Shown: positions 1 through 14,003, counted from the whole stretch's first letter. The stretch is 62,202 nt of DNA, filler included, from Nemertoderma westbladi (GCA_032718475.1; 3 parts of 3 records of this genome joined end to end with filler, not necessarily neighbours in it), one strand, 5' to 3'. Numbers and translations are program-made. The notes: a model not told the origin generated them from the sequence alone.

Positions 1-2919
1 GCGTATCTCTCCAATTTACTAATAAGTCGACACAAGAGTAACGGGAAGCTCTAAGCTTGTATAGGGCGTATAAGGCATATGAGAAAGGCGAGATCGAGGA
101 GTTCGGCGGAAGGCTTGCGAGCCTACCATTCTATTGGAGATCCTTCAATCAAACCGAACCCAAAGAGATGACACCCGAACTCTTCGATAGTATAACCTTG
201 GTTCAGCGTTTGTCACAGAGACTACAGATACCTCTCGTAGAGATGACGTGAGAATCTCAACCCCACCATACCAAAACGGTAGTGCCGGTCGCGAGGGCAA
301 CTAACTTTCCTATTTGCATACTAACCGGAGAGGAACCGACCTACGAGATCCCCATAGAGGAACATCTGGAGATCATTTTGTGTTGCGATGTGTTAGAGGC
401 AGCGGAGTTGCGTAGAACAATTGTTCAGAAAATTGTACACAACGTGCCTCCACATATTACTGACTTTAAGGAAGTTGATCAGCAGAGCCTCACTTCAAAG
501 ACCATACAAATTTGAGCACCGGACGGAGTGCTACACGTCTTCAGCCGACAGAGGTGTGATCGAAAGATGCCGATGCCGGAAGGAACGACGCAAAGACACG
601 CCATGATAAAACGGATAATTAAATCCATGGACCTAGCTTGTAGCATAGAGGCTAGAATGTTGCCAAAGGCCGTGCGCGATGTTGTACTTGATAAGAGTAT
701 CGTCAAGAACAGATCCGGTATATGGGAGGACCTTATTAGTGATTTCGCTGGAATGCCCGAGGAGGAGGATCGATTGACTATACCTTTCGTGGATACTAGA
801 CCATTGTTGCTTTGGGCCATCGAGCAAGGATATTTTCGGGAATATAACACGCTTAAAACTGGAATGGGTTATATCTCATATCTCATGTTTAGTTGGGATT
901 ATAAGGAGAGCAAGAGGAGCAAATACACAGATGTATACCCCCAGGGAGATACCCCCAATGTGAACAAGTTTGAGTCATAGCTAAAGTGGCGAGGATGTGT
1001 ATACTGGGCGATCACCTCACTTCCGTGGATAATCTTGCAATACTATTTGGCGAACGAATCATTGGCAAATGTGTGTTTCATCGCCGATGTAGTGTCTAGG
1101 ACTTTAAAGCGACATCCGTTATGTCTCGGCGAAGGACACACAGTTTACGAGGGAGGAAGGACGCATACTGATGTATTCCGCTGATTTATCCAACCATTTT
1201 ACAACACCAATGCCCACTGTGAAGTTTTCACGCAAGTGGGATTCAGCGTTTTTAGGGACGTTTATCTCACCCAAGCGGGAAGACTCCTCGACAGACCATC
1301 TATGTTGATGTTAGTACCCTACAACGGGGAACGCCACGGGCCTGGAAGGATCTTGGAAGGCGCGCGTGCCTTCCGATCATCATCACAATGAGGATCCGAC
1401 CGAGTCCGCGATATCGACGAACCATTGCGGCAACTCATTAATATAGAGGAGTATCTTCTGAGGAAGATGTGAACCGAGATACGTGAGCTAGATAAGAGCG
1501 ACGCCATGGTTTGTGTGCAACCCACGGAGACGAACATACCGACTGACCACGATGATGAAGATTATCACGTGGACAGTAGCTCTCACCCCATCGGAGATCT
1601 CATCTATGAGCGAGTTTGGTATCCTGCCAACACCATTTGTGGCAGATGCGGGCCTACTGGCCATCACGCAAAGAAATGTGGTGCTAAATATATATCTCTA
1701 CCCGATTTAGTGTGCAACAGGTGTGGGGATCAATGGTCACACACTTTCTATACCTGCTGGCACTTCGTAGCTCAGTGTACGTATTGCAACATCAAAGGAC
1801 ATAGGGCATCTGAGTGCCAACTTAGGGACGTTCCGTATGAGCATATGTCGGTTAAGATCACCCGGCAGCTATTTGACCATTGGGAGAATTTAGCAGACTA
1901 GCATGTGTCGACGCTGCGACGCCGTTTCCCCATGAGAGCACATTTGAAATTTTGGGCCGTAAACCCTCTCATTATGTCGAAGGAAGGATACGTGTCAGCT
2001 ATGTCTCAATATGACGAACTCTTAAAGGTGCTAGACATATTACCATTGGATTGTGGCTTCAAAGTTGTGAGGGATTATTTCCTACAGGTCCACCCGGATA
2101 ATAAGAACACTTACTTGGAACTTTCAAACCGTGGTGAACACAATTAACGCTGGAGAGTTCGATAAATTGCGAGTTGAACAGCAGAATAGGGGAGCCTGGC
2201 ATTCGATAGCTTGGGCTTACAGGAGCGCATTTTATCACAAACGCATGACCTTGTGTATCTTCGACGAGGCAGACGTGAGACTGGCTTCAAAAGCCACGCC
2301 GTTACCCGAAAGGATACGCCACCCTCAGGAAGACCCGCAGTTTCGTATTCTTAGAGCCCAGAAGGCCAGACAGGAGATTAAGAAAGTGGTGAATGTCGCT
2401 GAGAGGACAACGTCAAAGTCACAGATCCGGATGACTCGGGGCACAGTTTCTCTTCCTAGAGAACCGCTTGGGGGGACTGGATTTGGTTTCCCCGAACCTA
2501 TGAGGGTTCAGACAACATCGGAGAGCGAGGTGTCGGCGGACGGAACGGTCCCGCCGATAGACTCCGTCCTAGCATTGCGGAAACTTAGCCCGACCTGACA
2601 AAACGCATGATTGGGATTTGACGAGGATTTAGAGGATTTAGCACCGGAAGGATGTGCGAGACGTCAGTTATTCCCTTTCCTGAGAACCACAGGAAGCTCG
2701 GGCCGAAGCCCGAGCCCGGTTAGATCTCGAGCACCACCCAGTCGTCTTAGAGGGCGGGGACCGACGAGCTCGTTCAACAAAAGATTACAGGAGCGAGGTA
2801 GAGGAAGGAAGGCTTGCGAGCCTACCGTTGAAGTTGGAGTTGGAGTTGGAGAGCGAGATGGAGACAGGAAGGCTTGCGAGCCTACCATTAGCGATTATCA
2901 CTCAGGAGAAGATATCTAG
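1..2919 (+). pseudogene. Decayed long ORF (~970 codons, 5' end outside window) with three CCHC zinc knuckles; probably retroelement-derived
   Basis: ORFs 57, 282, 528, 1506 and 1905 share one frame, and the stretch between them reads through apart from isolated stops; a frameshift near 2130 continues it to 2919. Knuckles CGRCGPTGHHAKKC, CNRCGDQWSHTFYTC and CTYCNIKGHRASEC lie at ~1638-1820. Confidence 0.65.
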
Positions 2920-3482
2920 ACCAGTAGGATGAACTTTTCAGATCGTCAGGCGGTCACTTTGGGACTTATTTGGAACTATTTTAGCGTATTGAGTTTGCTT
3001 ATATTGAACTGATTTAATTTGGTAAATTTATTATGTATATTTGCAATATTATATTCTGGAAATGTTTAGAATTATTTGCCTTAATTTGTTAATTTGTTTT
3101 ATTTTGGATAACCGAAGCCCTTTTTTATATATTATACACTAAATTAGCTAGTAAATTTGTATTTTGCATGTACGTATGTATGAAAGTTTTGTATTTACGC
3201 AGTACTTGCAATATTGAGTATGCAATAGGTAAAGACAGTGAATATTTTTATATTTTAGTCCCTACCCTAGATTTGAGAGATATTTTAGTCAATTATTATG
3301 TGTCTCGATTTGTGAAAACAGTCTTACTTACTGTTTTAATGGAGCAGTGTTGGATTATTTCACTGTTAAGTAGCAATCTACAGTACCACGTAAAAACTTT
3401 CTAAATCCGACGTATTTTGACTTGATTTGTAGTAATGTAATATGCCTACTTCCTATCAGTAGATATAAGTTTACTGGTGATT

Positions 3483-3665
3483 CTATTGGCGCAGTGGTCA
3501 GATGGGTTAAGGCGTTGGTTACATTCTAGGTAGGTCAGGAGTTCGAATCTCGGTCGGGAAATATGCATTTTTTGGGCTATTAAATTTTCGGTTTCATTGA
3601 ATTAGATAAGCCAATGAGGCGCGTACAACACATGGAACGATGGGTTGGGCCAATCATAGGGCATT
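3483..3665 (+). mobile_element. tRNA-derived SINE (family A)
   Basis: Box A-like TGGCGCAGTGG and box B GTTCGAATC; the body matches the reverse complement of 57272-57411 plus 61014-61060. Confidence 0.75.
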
Positions 3666-4135
3666 TAATAACTTATTGCTCCAATGTGCGGCCATGGAAT
3701 GTTGTCGAATGCTCTAGTTAATTCCATGCCTTGGATTTGCCATATAAGGGGCAGTTTGCCCTTCGGTTATCACAATGTCAAAATGTTAACTCCTGTGTAA
3801 CAATCACTTGCTTCAGTTTAGTTGTTATTTGTAAAGTAAATTGATAAGTTTTTGTAATTATGTTAATATACTATATACTCTTGAACATGTATATTTTAAC
3901 GTGTCCACTTTTGGGACAGCCAAACGCTTGGAGAATGGCTGCCTAAACCGTTAGGCCTTCAACAACGCAGGGAAAGGATGTACGCAACACACTAAGCACC
4001 CACATTAGTTTCGCCCACACGCCCATTCGAAGTATGACCTCTTGCCATACAGCGCCCACTTCAGACGTTTGTTTGATGCCCTTGCCTGCAGTAAGACCTT
4101 AGATCAGTGTAAAGCATGACGCCGTCCTGGGACGC

Positions 4136-6305
4136 CGTAAAATTTAGGATTAAATATCTCAGATTCAGACAGAAAACCCCGGATCAATCTGTATCTCCTA
4201 CAGGTGTGAGCTATTGCTGTTCATTAGTACGCCCAAGTACACTTTAGGTGCAGATAGCACATGCTCTATAATTGGGTGATTTGCAGTACTGACAGTACGG
4301 TACCGGTTCACTTTGTAGCCCATATAGTTTGCCCGCCCTGTCTGAGTCCAAAATATTTGATCAGGCGAGAGGTAGCTTTCTGCTACCGGCACATGTTTGG
4401 CCTAGGGAGGTTTACTAACATCCTACCGCGCCCTTGCCACGTACTGATAGGTATTTACTGCTAACCACCGCAGTAACAAAGTTCTAGAATCAAATTTGTA
4501 TACCAGATCAGATAACGTACGGTAGTAATTAACACCTATTCTATTATCTCACAATCAGAATCTGGTATTAGTGCCGATCACGGGTGTAGTTACTAACACC
4601 GTAATTGCCCAGTTGAGTTTTGGATAAGGAGGAGAGAGTTTGACGTCAATTTGTAAGCGATTAGCGATAGTTAGGATTCGCTGCGCGGGGATTGATTTCC
4701 CGTGAGTTTGGTCTGTCTCTGTGAACTGTACATCTGCCTCACCAGTTAGAGGCCGGGTATCCTGTTTTTTCTTGTTCGCCCGGGCATTTATCTCGCCCAC
4801 GTATTAGAATAGACATCAGGACGGAACTGAGAGGTTCATTACTGTAATAATAATAAGAATTGTTGGCTGATTGACTGGCTGGCTGACTGACTGACTGACT
4901 GACTGATCTACAGCCAAAACTACTCTAACGATTTTGATGAAATTTTCACAGCAGCTAGATACCGCGATTCTAAGGTCCCTGGCATGATCGGCTACTCCGT
5001 CCATAGCCTCTGGGCTCGAAAAATAGAGATAAACGAAAAAACGCCATAGGCGCAATGGTAAAATAACACCAATGATAGCTGGTGTCCTGGTGAAAAATGG
5101 TATACTGTTTGTTTAGGCCCTACCAACCACTCACCACTCTCTGGCAAAGCAAACATTAACTGGTTGGTTTAGTTTGAAATCTAGTATCGCCTCAGCTGAA
5201 TAACTCTTCCCAATGCATTCTAGGGGAGTATCCAAGTTTCTCCCTCTGCTAATGTAAGCTGAATGACTGAAGTACACAGTGTGTTGGCTACATTAATGCC
5301 AATATTATTGCAAAATGTTTTAGTGTTGGATTACTCTCTGTCAGTCTCCCCTTCAGAACATTGTATAGGGAATTTACTTTAGTTTACTCTACTGTGCCAT
5401 TCAGCTGAATGGATTTGAGCGATTGCCAAGTTACAGAGTTGGATCATTCTCTGACCATAGGCAAAGACATCAAATCTTTTTAAAAAGATACTTTTTCCAT
5501 GTTTTTTTTTCTGACCATAAATTTCAATAAAAATTTTTTCAATAAAAACGCTTTGTCCAAATTGGATGGGGTTTTTATTTTTCAACTTAATTCGATGTCC
5601 TCTTTCAGCCTATCCATGTTTCGAAACCCCAAACAGCGCCGTTCAAAAATTAATTTTTTCTAGTTTTAGAATTTTAAAAATTTCAAAAAAGTTGCAGTAT
5701 TTTATTTACGCCTTTACGGAATTCGATAGCGTTTTCGATTTTTATATTAAACGCAATATCCTGAATCTCACTAGCCTAGTTTCGCGTCACCAATGCCAAG
5801 ACTTCATACTTTTTGAGCAAAATTTTTCTAGAATAATTTTTATTTAATTACATTTATAGCGATTTCTTATTACTGGTAGCACATGAATTGATGGAGTTTT
5901 CAATTTATCAACTAAACACGATATCACGCATCGCACCAGCGAGGTTTCGAAATTCCAAAACGAGGTCTTCACTAGTTGCAGGTCGATTTTGTTCTAGAAT
6001 TGAGCAACTAATAATAGATCGAATTTATTAATAATTATTGTATGAAATATGATTGTATTTTTACATAATTATTAGTTCTATACTAATTCTCGTTGTCTCT
6101 TTTATTTAAAATAAAAAGTCGGTTCCTTATCGGGCTGCTAGGCCCGTCACCTCCGTTCCTTGCCAGTAGTAGTTTGCATACTTAGTATCTGTTTGTTTAG
6201 ACACCCTGGACTGGGATTTGTTGTCAGATACTGTACGAGCCCGTATACACTGCTGGATTCTACAGTTACTAGGATCCGGTAGGCGGTATACTACTGGACT
6301 TTTCA
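4136..6305 (+). mobile_element. Possible 3' LTR of the element carrying the zinc-knuckle ORF
   Basis: CTGGGACGC|CGTAAAA at the start resembles CTGGGAGCGG|TGTAAAA at the 53928 LTR. AATAAA lies ~190 bp before a TTTTCA end, which abuts a truncated repeat at 6304. No partner LTR is in the window. Confidence 0.3.
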
Positions 6306-6413
6306 AATACACCAAACAATGTACCGGTATAAAGGTATTGTCCAACATAACATATAGGATTACCCCTAAAGTTTTGCAGCTTATTTCCAAGGGGGTCCTT
6401 TATGTTACTTGGT
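6304..6413 (-). repeat. Dispersed repeat, 3' region of a LINE-like family (second copy 22440-22551)
   Basis: Near-identical 110-bp direct match to 22440-22551; that copy ends on the minus strand in AATAAA followed by (TCTA)n. Confidence 0.65.
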
Positions 6414-9400
6414 TACAAATATAATTTTACACTACGCTAACCTAATACGAATATAAAACGTAATTACACTATGTATGTACATGTACAACTTTACCTAGAG
6501 CGTGACAATGTCCGACTCAACGATAAAGATGTAATGTACATAACCATAGCCATGTACCATGGCCATTCTCACACCATTTTAATGGACGCTCAGTGGCCCA
6601 ATAAAGATGAGGATTGTAAACGGATTCAATTCCCTACATTACCCACCCCCAAAATTGGACCAGTGGCATTTTACCAATATACTTGGCGATGCGAGATTAC
6701 CAATAATAATCTCGCCTCATAACAAACTCGGGGGGGGGGGGGGGTGGGGGGCGACACATGCCCTAAACCACAGAGAGAGATAAGAGGTCAAACCACCTCA
6801 GAGGGACAAACCAGCTAGTGAGGCTAGCAGCAGGGGGTAACACCAAGAGGGAGTGGCGAGGCGAGAATTAATAGTTAAGCCAATAGCGGGCAGGGAATCA
6901 AGTGGGAGAGGATAGGAGTGCATCCATTGGGAACCAAAGGCCACACAGTAATGGTTCCAAACTGGTGTTTGTTTCTCGCATGGATCCATTGGTAATCTCA
7001 TCTCCACTTTTGGAGTTTGTTACTACAACATTCTCACTTGCAGGCCCTGGTATTACTTGTGAACGGATTGCTACTCGCTACGACTCGTATAACTCGTTCG
7101 TAATAAAGTGTACTGGTGCTGTGGTGCTGCCATTCTGCTTAAGCCTGATAATGCAGCCCTCTGGCCGGAAGGTGTCATTGCGCACTACTGGGCAGGTCCT
7201 CGTAACCCGCGCCGCCCTCCAGCGAGTCTCCCGTTGATAGACCCGACTCGAGCGGTGGAGTTGTCTAACAGTTCATCTCCTTCGCATTCCCATCCGGGTT
7301 CGCCATCTCATCCTTCGCATTCCCAACCTGGTTCGCCATCTCGTCTTTCGAATTCACATTACCATACTCCGTTACGGCCAATCTCCACTATAATCTCAGA
7401 TGAGCCTGAAATAACAGCTACTGATACATCCGCAGAGGCTTCCAGGGGGATTCTGAGAGATAATTCGTTCTACACCCTGACTAGCCTACAGAACTAATTA
7501 CTAATGTTTTATACACTTCTTTTATACAACATTTCATGTAAATAATATGGTATCTATATCTTCGTACAATGCAAACTCGATTCGTACTCCCTCCAGTCGT
7601 TATGTGGTGGGGGAACTCCTCAAACAAACTGACATCCTACTCCTACAGGAACATATGCTCCTTAAGCAGGATTTGGCGTTCCTACAGACCCTCAGCCCCG
7701 ACTTCTCTCCGGTTGATCTTCGTGATCAACTTGTTTCTGACCGTCTGTATGGTGGACTGGGTTTCCTGTGGCACGAGGACAAATTTAAGGACATGCTGCG
7801 TATCATCGATACTAACGATCCGCGGATGTTATCTGCTCGCCTCTCTCTATCTCCTACGTTTTATGAGCTAATTGTCAATGTATATCTGCCCTACGAATGT
7901 CCCGACAATGTTGATCTCTACTTGGATTATCTTGGTAAGATTGAATCCTTGGTGGCTACTGAGGGCACTAATAACGTAATGTTGTTTGGCGACTTCAATG
8001 TTGACAATTTGTCAAGATTCTGGTATGTATATTCTCGATACAGATACCTTGCCAGATTCTACATTATTACATTTTTCAGTCCATCGTTTAACACCACCTC
8101 TTGGCTGGACCACTGTGTAACTAACTACACATGATTTTAGAAATAATATTTTTATATTAAGGTGGACTATGACCTTACGGTATCTGACCACATTCCATTA
8201 CAATAATTATAGAACCTCCCACTCCACTGTCCACAATGACCAACCACTGCCACCGGGTGTGGATACAATTAATTGTACAAATAATACTAAGGTGAAATGG
8301 AATAAATTTAACACCATTTCAAAAATCCAATTACTCTCATAAATGTGATTCTCTATTATCTAATATTAATATTCCATGGTCTGCCATTAAATGTTCTGAT
8401 ACTAATTGTTTGTTACACAACAATGACATTGAACCATTTTATACAGACATTGTTGACTCATTAAAGGGTGCTGAAATCAATTCTCAGGGTAATAATTCTA
8501 ACCACAATACTAATTATTCTCATATTCCTGGTTGGAATAGTGTTGTTGGTGAAAAACATTCGATTTCTAGGAATTTATTTTTACTCTGGCGTCAGCTTGG
8601 TAGCACTCATGGTACCTCGTTGCACCAACAACTATTGCGTTCTAAAGCGCAGTTTCAGCAAGCTATGCGAAGATGTAAACGCGCGGAGGTACAGCTACGC
8701 TCAGATAGTTTCGCCAAGTCATTGGCTGGTGGTGACAGTAATAAATTTTGGAAAGATGTTAAAAACAAAATTAAATATAACACTAACTCTCATTTGACTG
8801 TTGACAGCGCAAATGGTGCACCTTCTATTTGCGCTCAATGGGCTGATAACTACAAAAAATTGTTTAATTTTAGCCCAACTCGTGTAATTTCAGATGATGT
8901 TGGGAATGCTACGTGCAATATATCATTTAGTTTAGATATGCTTGTCTCTCCTAAAGAAATAAGTAGTGCAATTGGTGAACTTTCGTGCAATAAAGCGGCT
9001 GGCCCTGACCAGGTCTCTGCTGAAAATATTATTTTATTAAGCTTATTATTTTCTTGTATGTTTACTCACGGTTTTATGCCTATGGCTTTATTACAATCTT
9101 TTATATTACCAGTCTTGAAAGATAAGAACGGCTCTCTCACTGATAGTGGCAATTATCGACCTATCGCGCTTTCTACTATAATCGGTAAACTTTTTGAAAT
9201 TATTATTTTACTGCGTATTAAGGACAAACTAAATACATCGTGCAATCAATTTGGTTACAAACATAAACTTGGTACAGAACTATGTATTTATTCAATTAAG
9301 GAATTAATTAACTATTTTCAAAACAATGACTCGAATGTATATATTTGCTTCTTGGATGCGTCCAAAGCCTTTGATACCGTTTCTCATTCCACATTGTTTG

Positions 9401-9595
9401 ATAAACTGTTATGTTACACAGAGGGATTCCTCGATGTCAACGTATTATATATTTTTGGTACGATAATCAATCTTCTCGTGTTGTTTGGGATGGGTATCTC
9501 TCGGGAAGTTTTACTGCGACTAACGGTGTAATACATGGAAGTATTCTTAGCCCCTATTTGTTCAATATTTATACTAATGATCTTAGCATTGAATT

Positions 9596-12056
9596 AGTAG
9601 TAGTAGTAGTTCCGGGAAAGCGGCCCGGCCCTGATTTCGATAAATAATAGTAAAATGCACAATATAATTATGATTACCTACGCTAAAAACTACAATATAC
9701 TGCATTATCTCGCGATAAACGTACAAGAAGAACTTATTTTTCGTCTATCGAGAGAAATTAATTTATAATTTACTATTTAATATTTGTGTGAAAGAAAATA
9801 AATGTACCTGTGAACAGAAATAACTGCCAGATTTATTGAGTTTCAATTAAGTGTTGCTTTAGTGCCTTCTTGAACATTTGGGCAGAGCCATTCAATAAGT
9901 TCATTCCATAAATTAAGACCCCTATATAGTAAGTGTGAGCGAGCAAAATTAGTACGTGGTGATGGTAATCTATAATGGAATTGCTGTCTAGTTTTCCGTC
10001 CGTGAATACTGATATTAGTTACCATTTTTGTCTTAAAATATTTGGGTACAAAACAGTAGTTCATGCGGTAGTTGTACAGTATATCGTTTTCAAACTGAGG
10101 AATTTGTACATTGCATTAATTTTAAGAAATTTATGATTTGAAAAAATTTATTGTGTTGGGTGTCGGTTTTAATGTGTGGTTTTAATTCAACGATGCGGAC
10201 AGCTTTCTTTAGTAGCCGGACTAGAGGATTAAAAGTGCTGTCATTAATATTACAATTACCCCAAACGATATATAAGGTTCTACCAATGTATTACAGTATA
10301 TAGGAGCTTCCTAATCTGTATTGGAACGAAATGCTTGATCTTATTTATTACACCTACGTTTTTTGATACTTTTATGCGAATATTTTGTATATGTAAATGC
10401 CATGAGAAATTTGATTGGAGGTGAATACCAAGAAATTTAATATTTTCAGTATAGTTTATTGTTCGCCCATCGATTTTGACCCCTGTGTTTTGTGGATTAT
10501 ATGGCTTCATTGAGAACACCATATATTTTGTTTTTTCGAGATTTAAAGATAGTTTATTTAAGCAAATCCATTGATATATATCAGATCATGTACGTTTTCG
10601 CCTGAAATAAATGGGTTTGTATCATCAGCGAAGAGTATGAAATTTACGAATTTTGAAGAATTTGAGATGTCATTTATGTAAATTAAAAATAAAATTGGGC
10701 CAAGGACAGACCCCTGCGGAACTCCACATATCACATCAAGTGTATCTGAAATTGTTCCATTTAAATCAACGTATTGGGTTCGATTGTGGAGATAACTGGA
10801 AAACCATGCTAATGGGGTTCCGCATACACCGTAATGCTCCAAGTTTTTTGATTAACGGTATCAAAGGCTTTATTTGCTAAAATCCAAGAAAACACCAAGT
10901 GTAAGATGTTTATTTTCAATAGCATCTGACAAATTATATTGCAGGAGAGTGAGAGCTGTTATAGTTGATTTTTCCGATTGAAATCCGAAATGATTTTCAT
11001 AAATAATATAATTTTTTATCATGAAGTTTACGAATTGTCGAGAAACAGCCTTTTCTAGAATTTTCGCAAAAAATGGGAGTATACTTATAGGACGGTAATT
11101 TCCAAATTGATCGGCGTTACTATGTTTGAAAATAGGTACAATTCTTGCCACTTTCATTAGATCTGGGAATATTCCCAGAGATAATGATTGATTAAGGATG
11201 TGTGTCAATGGATGGGCTATGTAGAGAAAGTTTTGCCGAGCGATTTGAGAATCAACACCGTCCGAACTCAAGGCTTTTGAATTGGTTATTGATGAGGCAA
11301 TATCATATACATCTTTAGTACTTAGTGGTGAAAAGTATAGTGAGGATGCGGTTTGGTTACCTAGGGTATCATATATGGAACCATTAGTATTAGGAATATT
11401 TTTCGCTAAGTTTGGACCTACATTACGATAAAAGTTATTGAATCCATTTGCAATCGCTGTGTTATTCCTAATTGACGAATTGTTTACTGTAAATGTATCA
11501 GGATAGTTTTGAGGCGAGCATGACGCTCGGGGATTTATAAGTGTTTTTATTATTTTCCAGGATTTCATCGTATTATTTCTATGAATATTAAATAATTTCT
11601 CAAAATAAGCTTTTTTTGCATTCCTAATTATTTTAGTAAGTTGGTTTTTATAAGCCGTATATTCGATTTTTTTGCTTAGAGATCTGCTATTAATGTATTT
11701 TGCATATAGTGCATGCTTACGTCTGATTATTTATAAATACTTTCAGATAGCCAAGGTTTATCGCTATTTATTATCTTTATTTTTTTAGTGGGAAAACATT
11801 TGTTATATAGCTTCTGATATATTTCAATAAACGTATTGTAAGCAATATTGGGGTCACTTTCTTGCGTAACTTCTTCCCAGCCTCCATTGTTAAAAGTTTG
11901 TTTAAGGATCTCCACAAATTTTTTACTGTTTGTTTCCGATCTATCCGTAACTAAGATGTAAGATGGTTTACTATGTTTACTGGGAATTGTTATTTCAGAA
12001 TTGACAAATATGGGTAGACGAATGTTTACGAATGTTTGTAATATCGTTTGTTATGA
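9596..12056 (-). mobile_element. 5'-truncated CR1-group (L2/Crack-like) LINE nested in the Proto2-like element
   Basis: YRPISILPFFAKILEK, FLDFSK, GVPQGSVLGPILFLIYINDI and LFADDT in frameshifted ORFs; (ACT)n 3' tail at ~9596-9612; AATTA at both flanks as a possible TSD. Confidence 0.85.
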
Positions 12057-12281
12057 TAATTAACTGTAACTGGTATAGGGTCTAGGCTTGGGCACTCTTG
12101 TGTCAATCATTTTTTATATGCGGACGATTTATGCATTATTTCAACTTCCCCTATAGCCTTGCAACATCTTATTTGTAGTCGTTATGCTGATTATAATTCT
12201 CTAAAGTTTAATATTAAAAAATCTAAGTGCTATTGTATTTACATAGTAGGCTACGTAAGTTTTCTTCAGATTTAGATATAC

Positions 12282-13247
12282 TACTAGGATCGGCATGCTG
12301 CATTGCAGCTGCATTTTTAAGAATGCTGTGCCGGCTTGTCAACAAAATTGCACCGCCACAACTCCCTAATCACCCATGACATTTGCTAGATCATCCGCAT
12401 CTTCAAGGCCAGTGTCCTTTAAGATGCGTCTCAAGAAAGTCATGGGCTGTCCACCATGCTTATTCACTCCATGAGTCTGCCAAAGTACAAGATTATGCAC
12501 TGGCTGGTCCTCACGGCGAAAGCAATGTCCTGCAAAGCTGAGGCGATTTTGTTCTAGTGTCAAGCTTGGGGGAACCAATGAGACACCTCCAATGTTATAT
12601 AGTGTCTGGTTGGAGATGTGTGCATTGTACTTGACACAATGAACCCGACGTAGCATTCTTGTGAATGTGCCATCCAGAGATTTGGTGTCCTCAGCAGTTA
12701 GAGCCCAGCATGGACTCCCATAGAGGAGTACTGGAACTACTGCTGCTCTAAATAATCGGACCTTAAGTTTCCGATTAATTATCGGTGACTTCCAAATCCT
12801 GTGCCATCCAGAGATTTGGTGTCCTCAGCAGTTAGAGCCCAGCATGGACTCCCATAGAGGAGTACTGGAACTACTGCTGCTCTAAATAATCGGACCTTAA
12901 GTTTCCGATTAATTATCGGTGACTTCCAAATCCTGGAAAGCCTATTCAAGGCTGCCCATGCCTTTCCCTTACGTATTCGAAGGTCCTCACCTGACTTCCG
13001 GATCCATGATCCCAGGTAACAGAAGTCGTCCACATGCTCAAGCATACCATCCTTTGAGCTTATGCTCATCCGATCAGAGACTTGCTGAGGACTTTCAAAG
13101 TTAACTGTCAGAATTTTGGTCTTTCTGGAGTTAATAAAAAGACCAACACTAGAAGCAGCATGTTCTAATGAGCTAAGGAGCCGTTGGGCTCCCTCTAATG
13201 ATTCTGAGAGTACTCCTAAGTCATCAGCAAAGTCTAGATCAACAAAG
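12282..13247 (-). mobile_element. 5'-truncated RTE LINE with internal ~130-bp duplication
   Basis: DFCYLGSWI, KAWAALNRLSRIWKS, VLLYGS. Nearly identical to 16925-17751. TSD TTTAGATATAC at 12271-12281 and 13248-13258. Confidence 0.9.
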
Positions 13248-14003
13248 TTTAGATATACATCTTAATGGGGCAATTCTAGAACGCTTTGACAAATATAAAT
13301 ACCTGGGCCATTTTATATGCAGTGATTTCTCTGATGATATTGGTATTCGTAACCAAACTAGAGGTCATTATGCCCGTGCTAATTTATTAATTAGGAAATT
13401 TAGCTCATGTAGTCGGCCTGTTAAGATTCAATTATTTTCTAGTTATTGTTCCAATTTTTAATGTAACTCACTTTGGGCTGATAAATACCTAACCAAATCA
13501 ACACTGGACCGTCTACGTGTAGATTACAATACTAGTGTTAGGAAACTTTTTGGATATAAATTTGATAAGAACTATAGTGCTTCTGGTATGCTTGTTTCAT
13601 TGCGACTGAAATATTTTGTCCATATTCAACGCTTCTCTCTAGCTAGTTGATTTTCTGATAGCTAGCTGTATTTAGTTCAGATACTATTCTGATGTGTATT
13701 CGCAACATTTGTCTTGATAATTCTGTGCTTCAATCTACCCTTTATTGGAAACCGACTCTAGTGTTTTTGTAGTAACTGTATGTATCATTGTACGTAGGAG
13801 GACTTCATTTGTGCTATTATTGTAATTAATATTGTCAATTGTTATAGAACCTGTATTGGATCTGGAATAAAACATGTAATAATAATAATAATACTATATA
13901 ATATGCAACCATAAGATCGCTAAATTCTATATAAAAGTAATATATATTTTGTTTGATCTTTCAAAATGTCTTATGGCTGCAATCATTAGATATATATATA
14001 TAT

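Larger units (their letters stand above)
6900..13890 (+). mobile_element. Degenerate Proto2-like LINE (ORF1 C-terminus plus APE-RT ORF2), interrupted by two insertions
   Basis: ORF1-type FVSR...WPEG. APE motifs YNANS, LLQEH, YLP, GDFN, SWLDH. RT motifs YRPIALS, FLDASKAFD, HGSILSPYLF, resuming after the insertion at ~12058 with NHFLYADD. 3' AATAAA plus (TAA)n at 13866-13890. Homologous to the 57562-60399 ORF. Confidence 0.85.

Noticed and set aside
2930-2952. Minus-strand CTGACGA-TCT-GAAA, a possible minimal hammerhead
   Set aside because: No stem II and no supporting flanking helices.
3487-3560. Possible tRNA gene
   Set aside because: No convincing cloverleaf or acceptor stem, and it continues into a repeated body; it is a SINE head.
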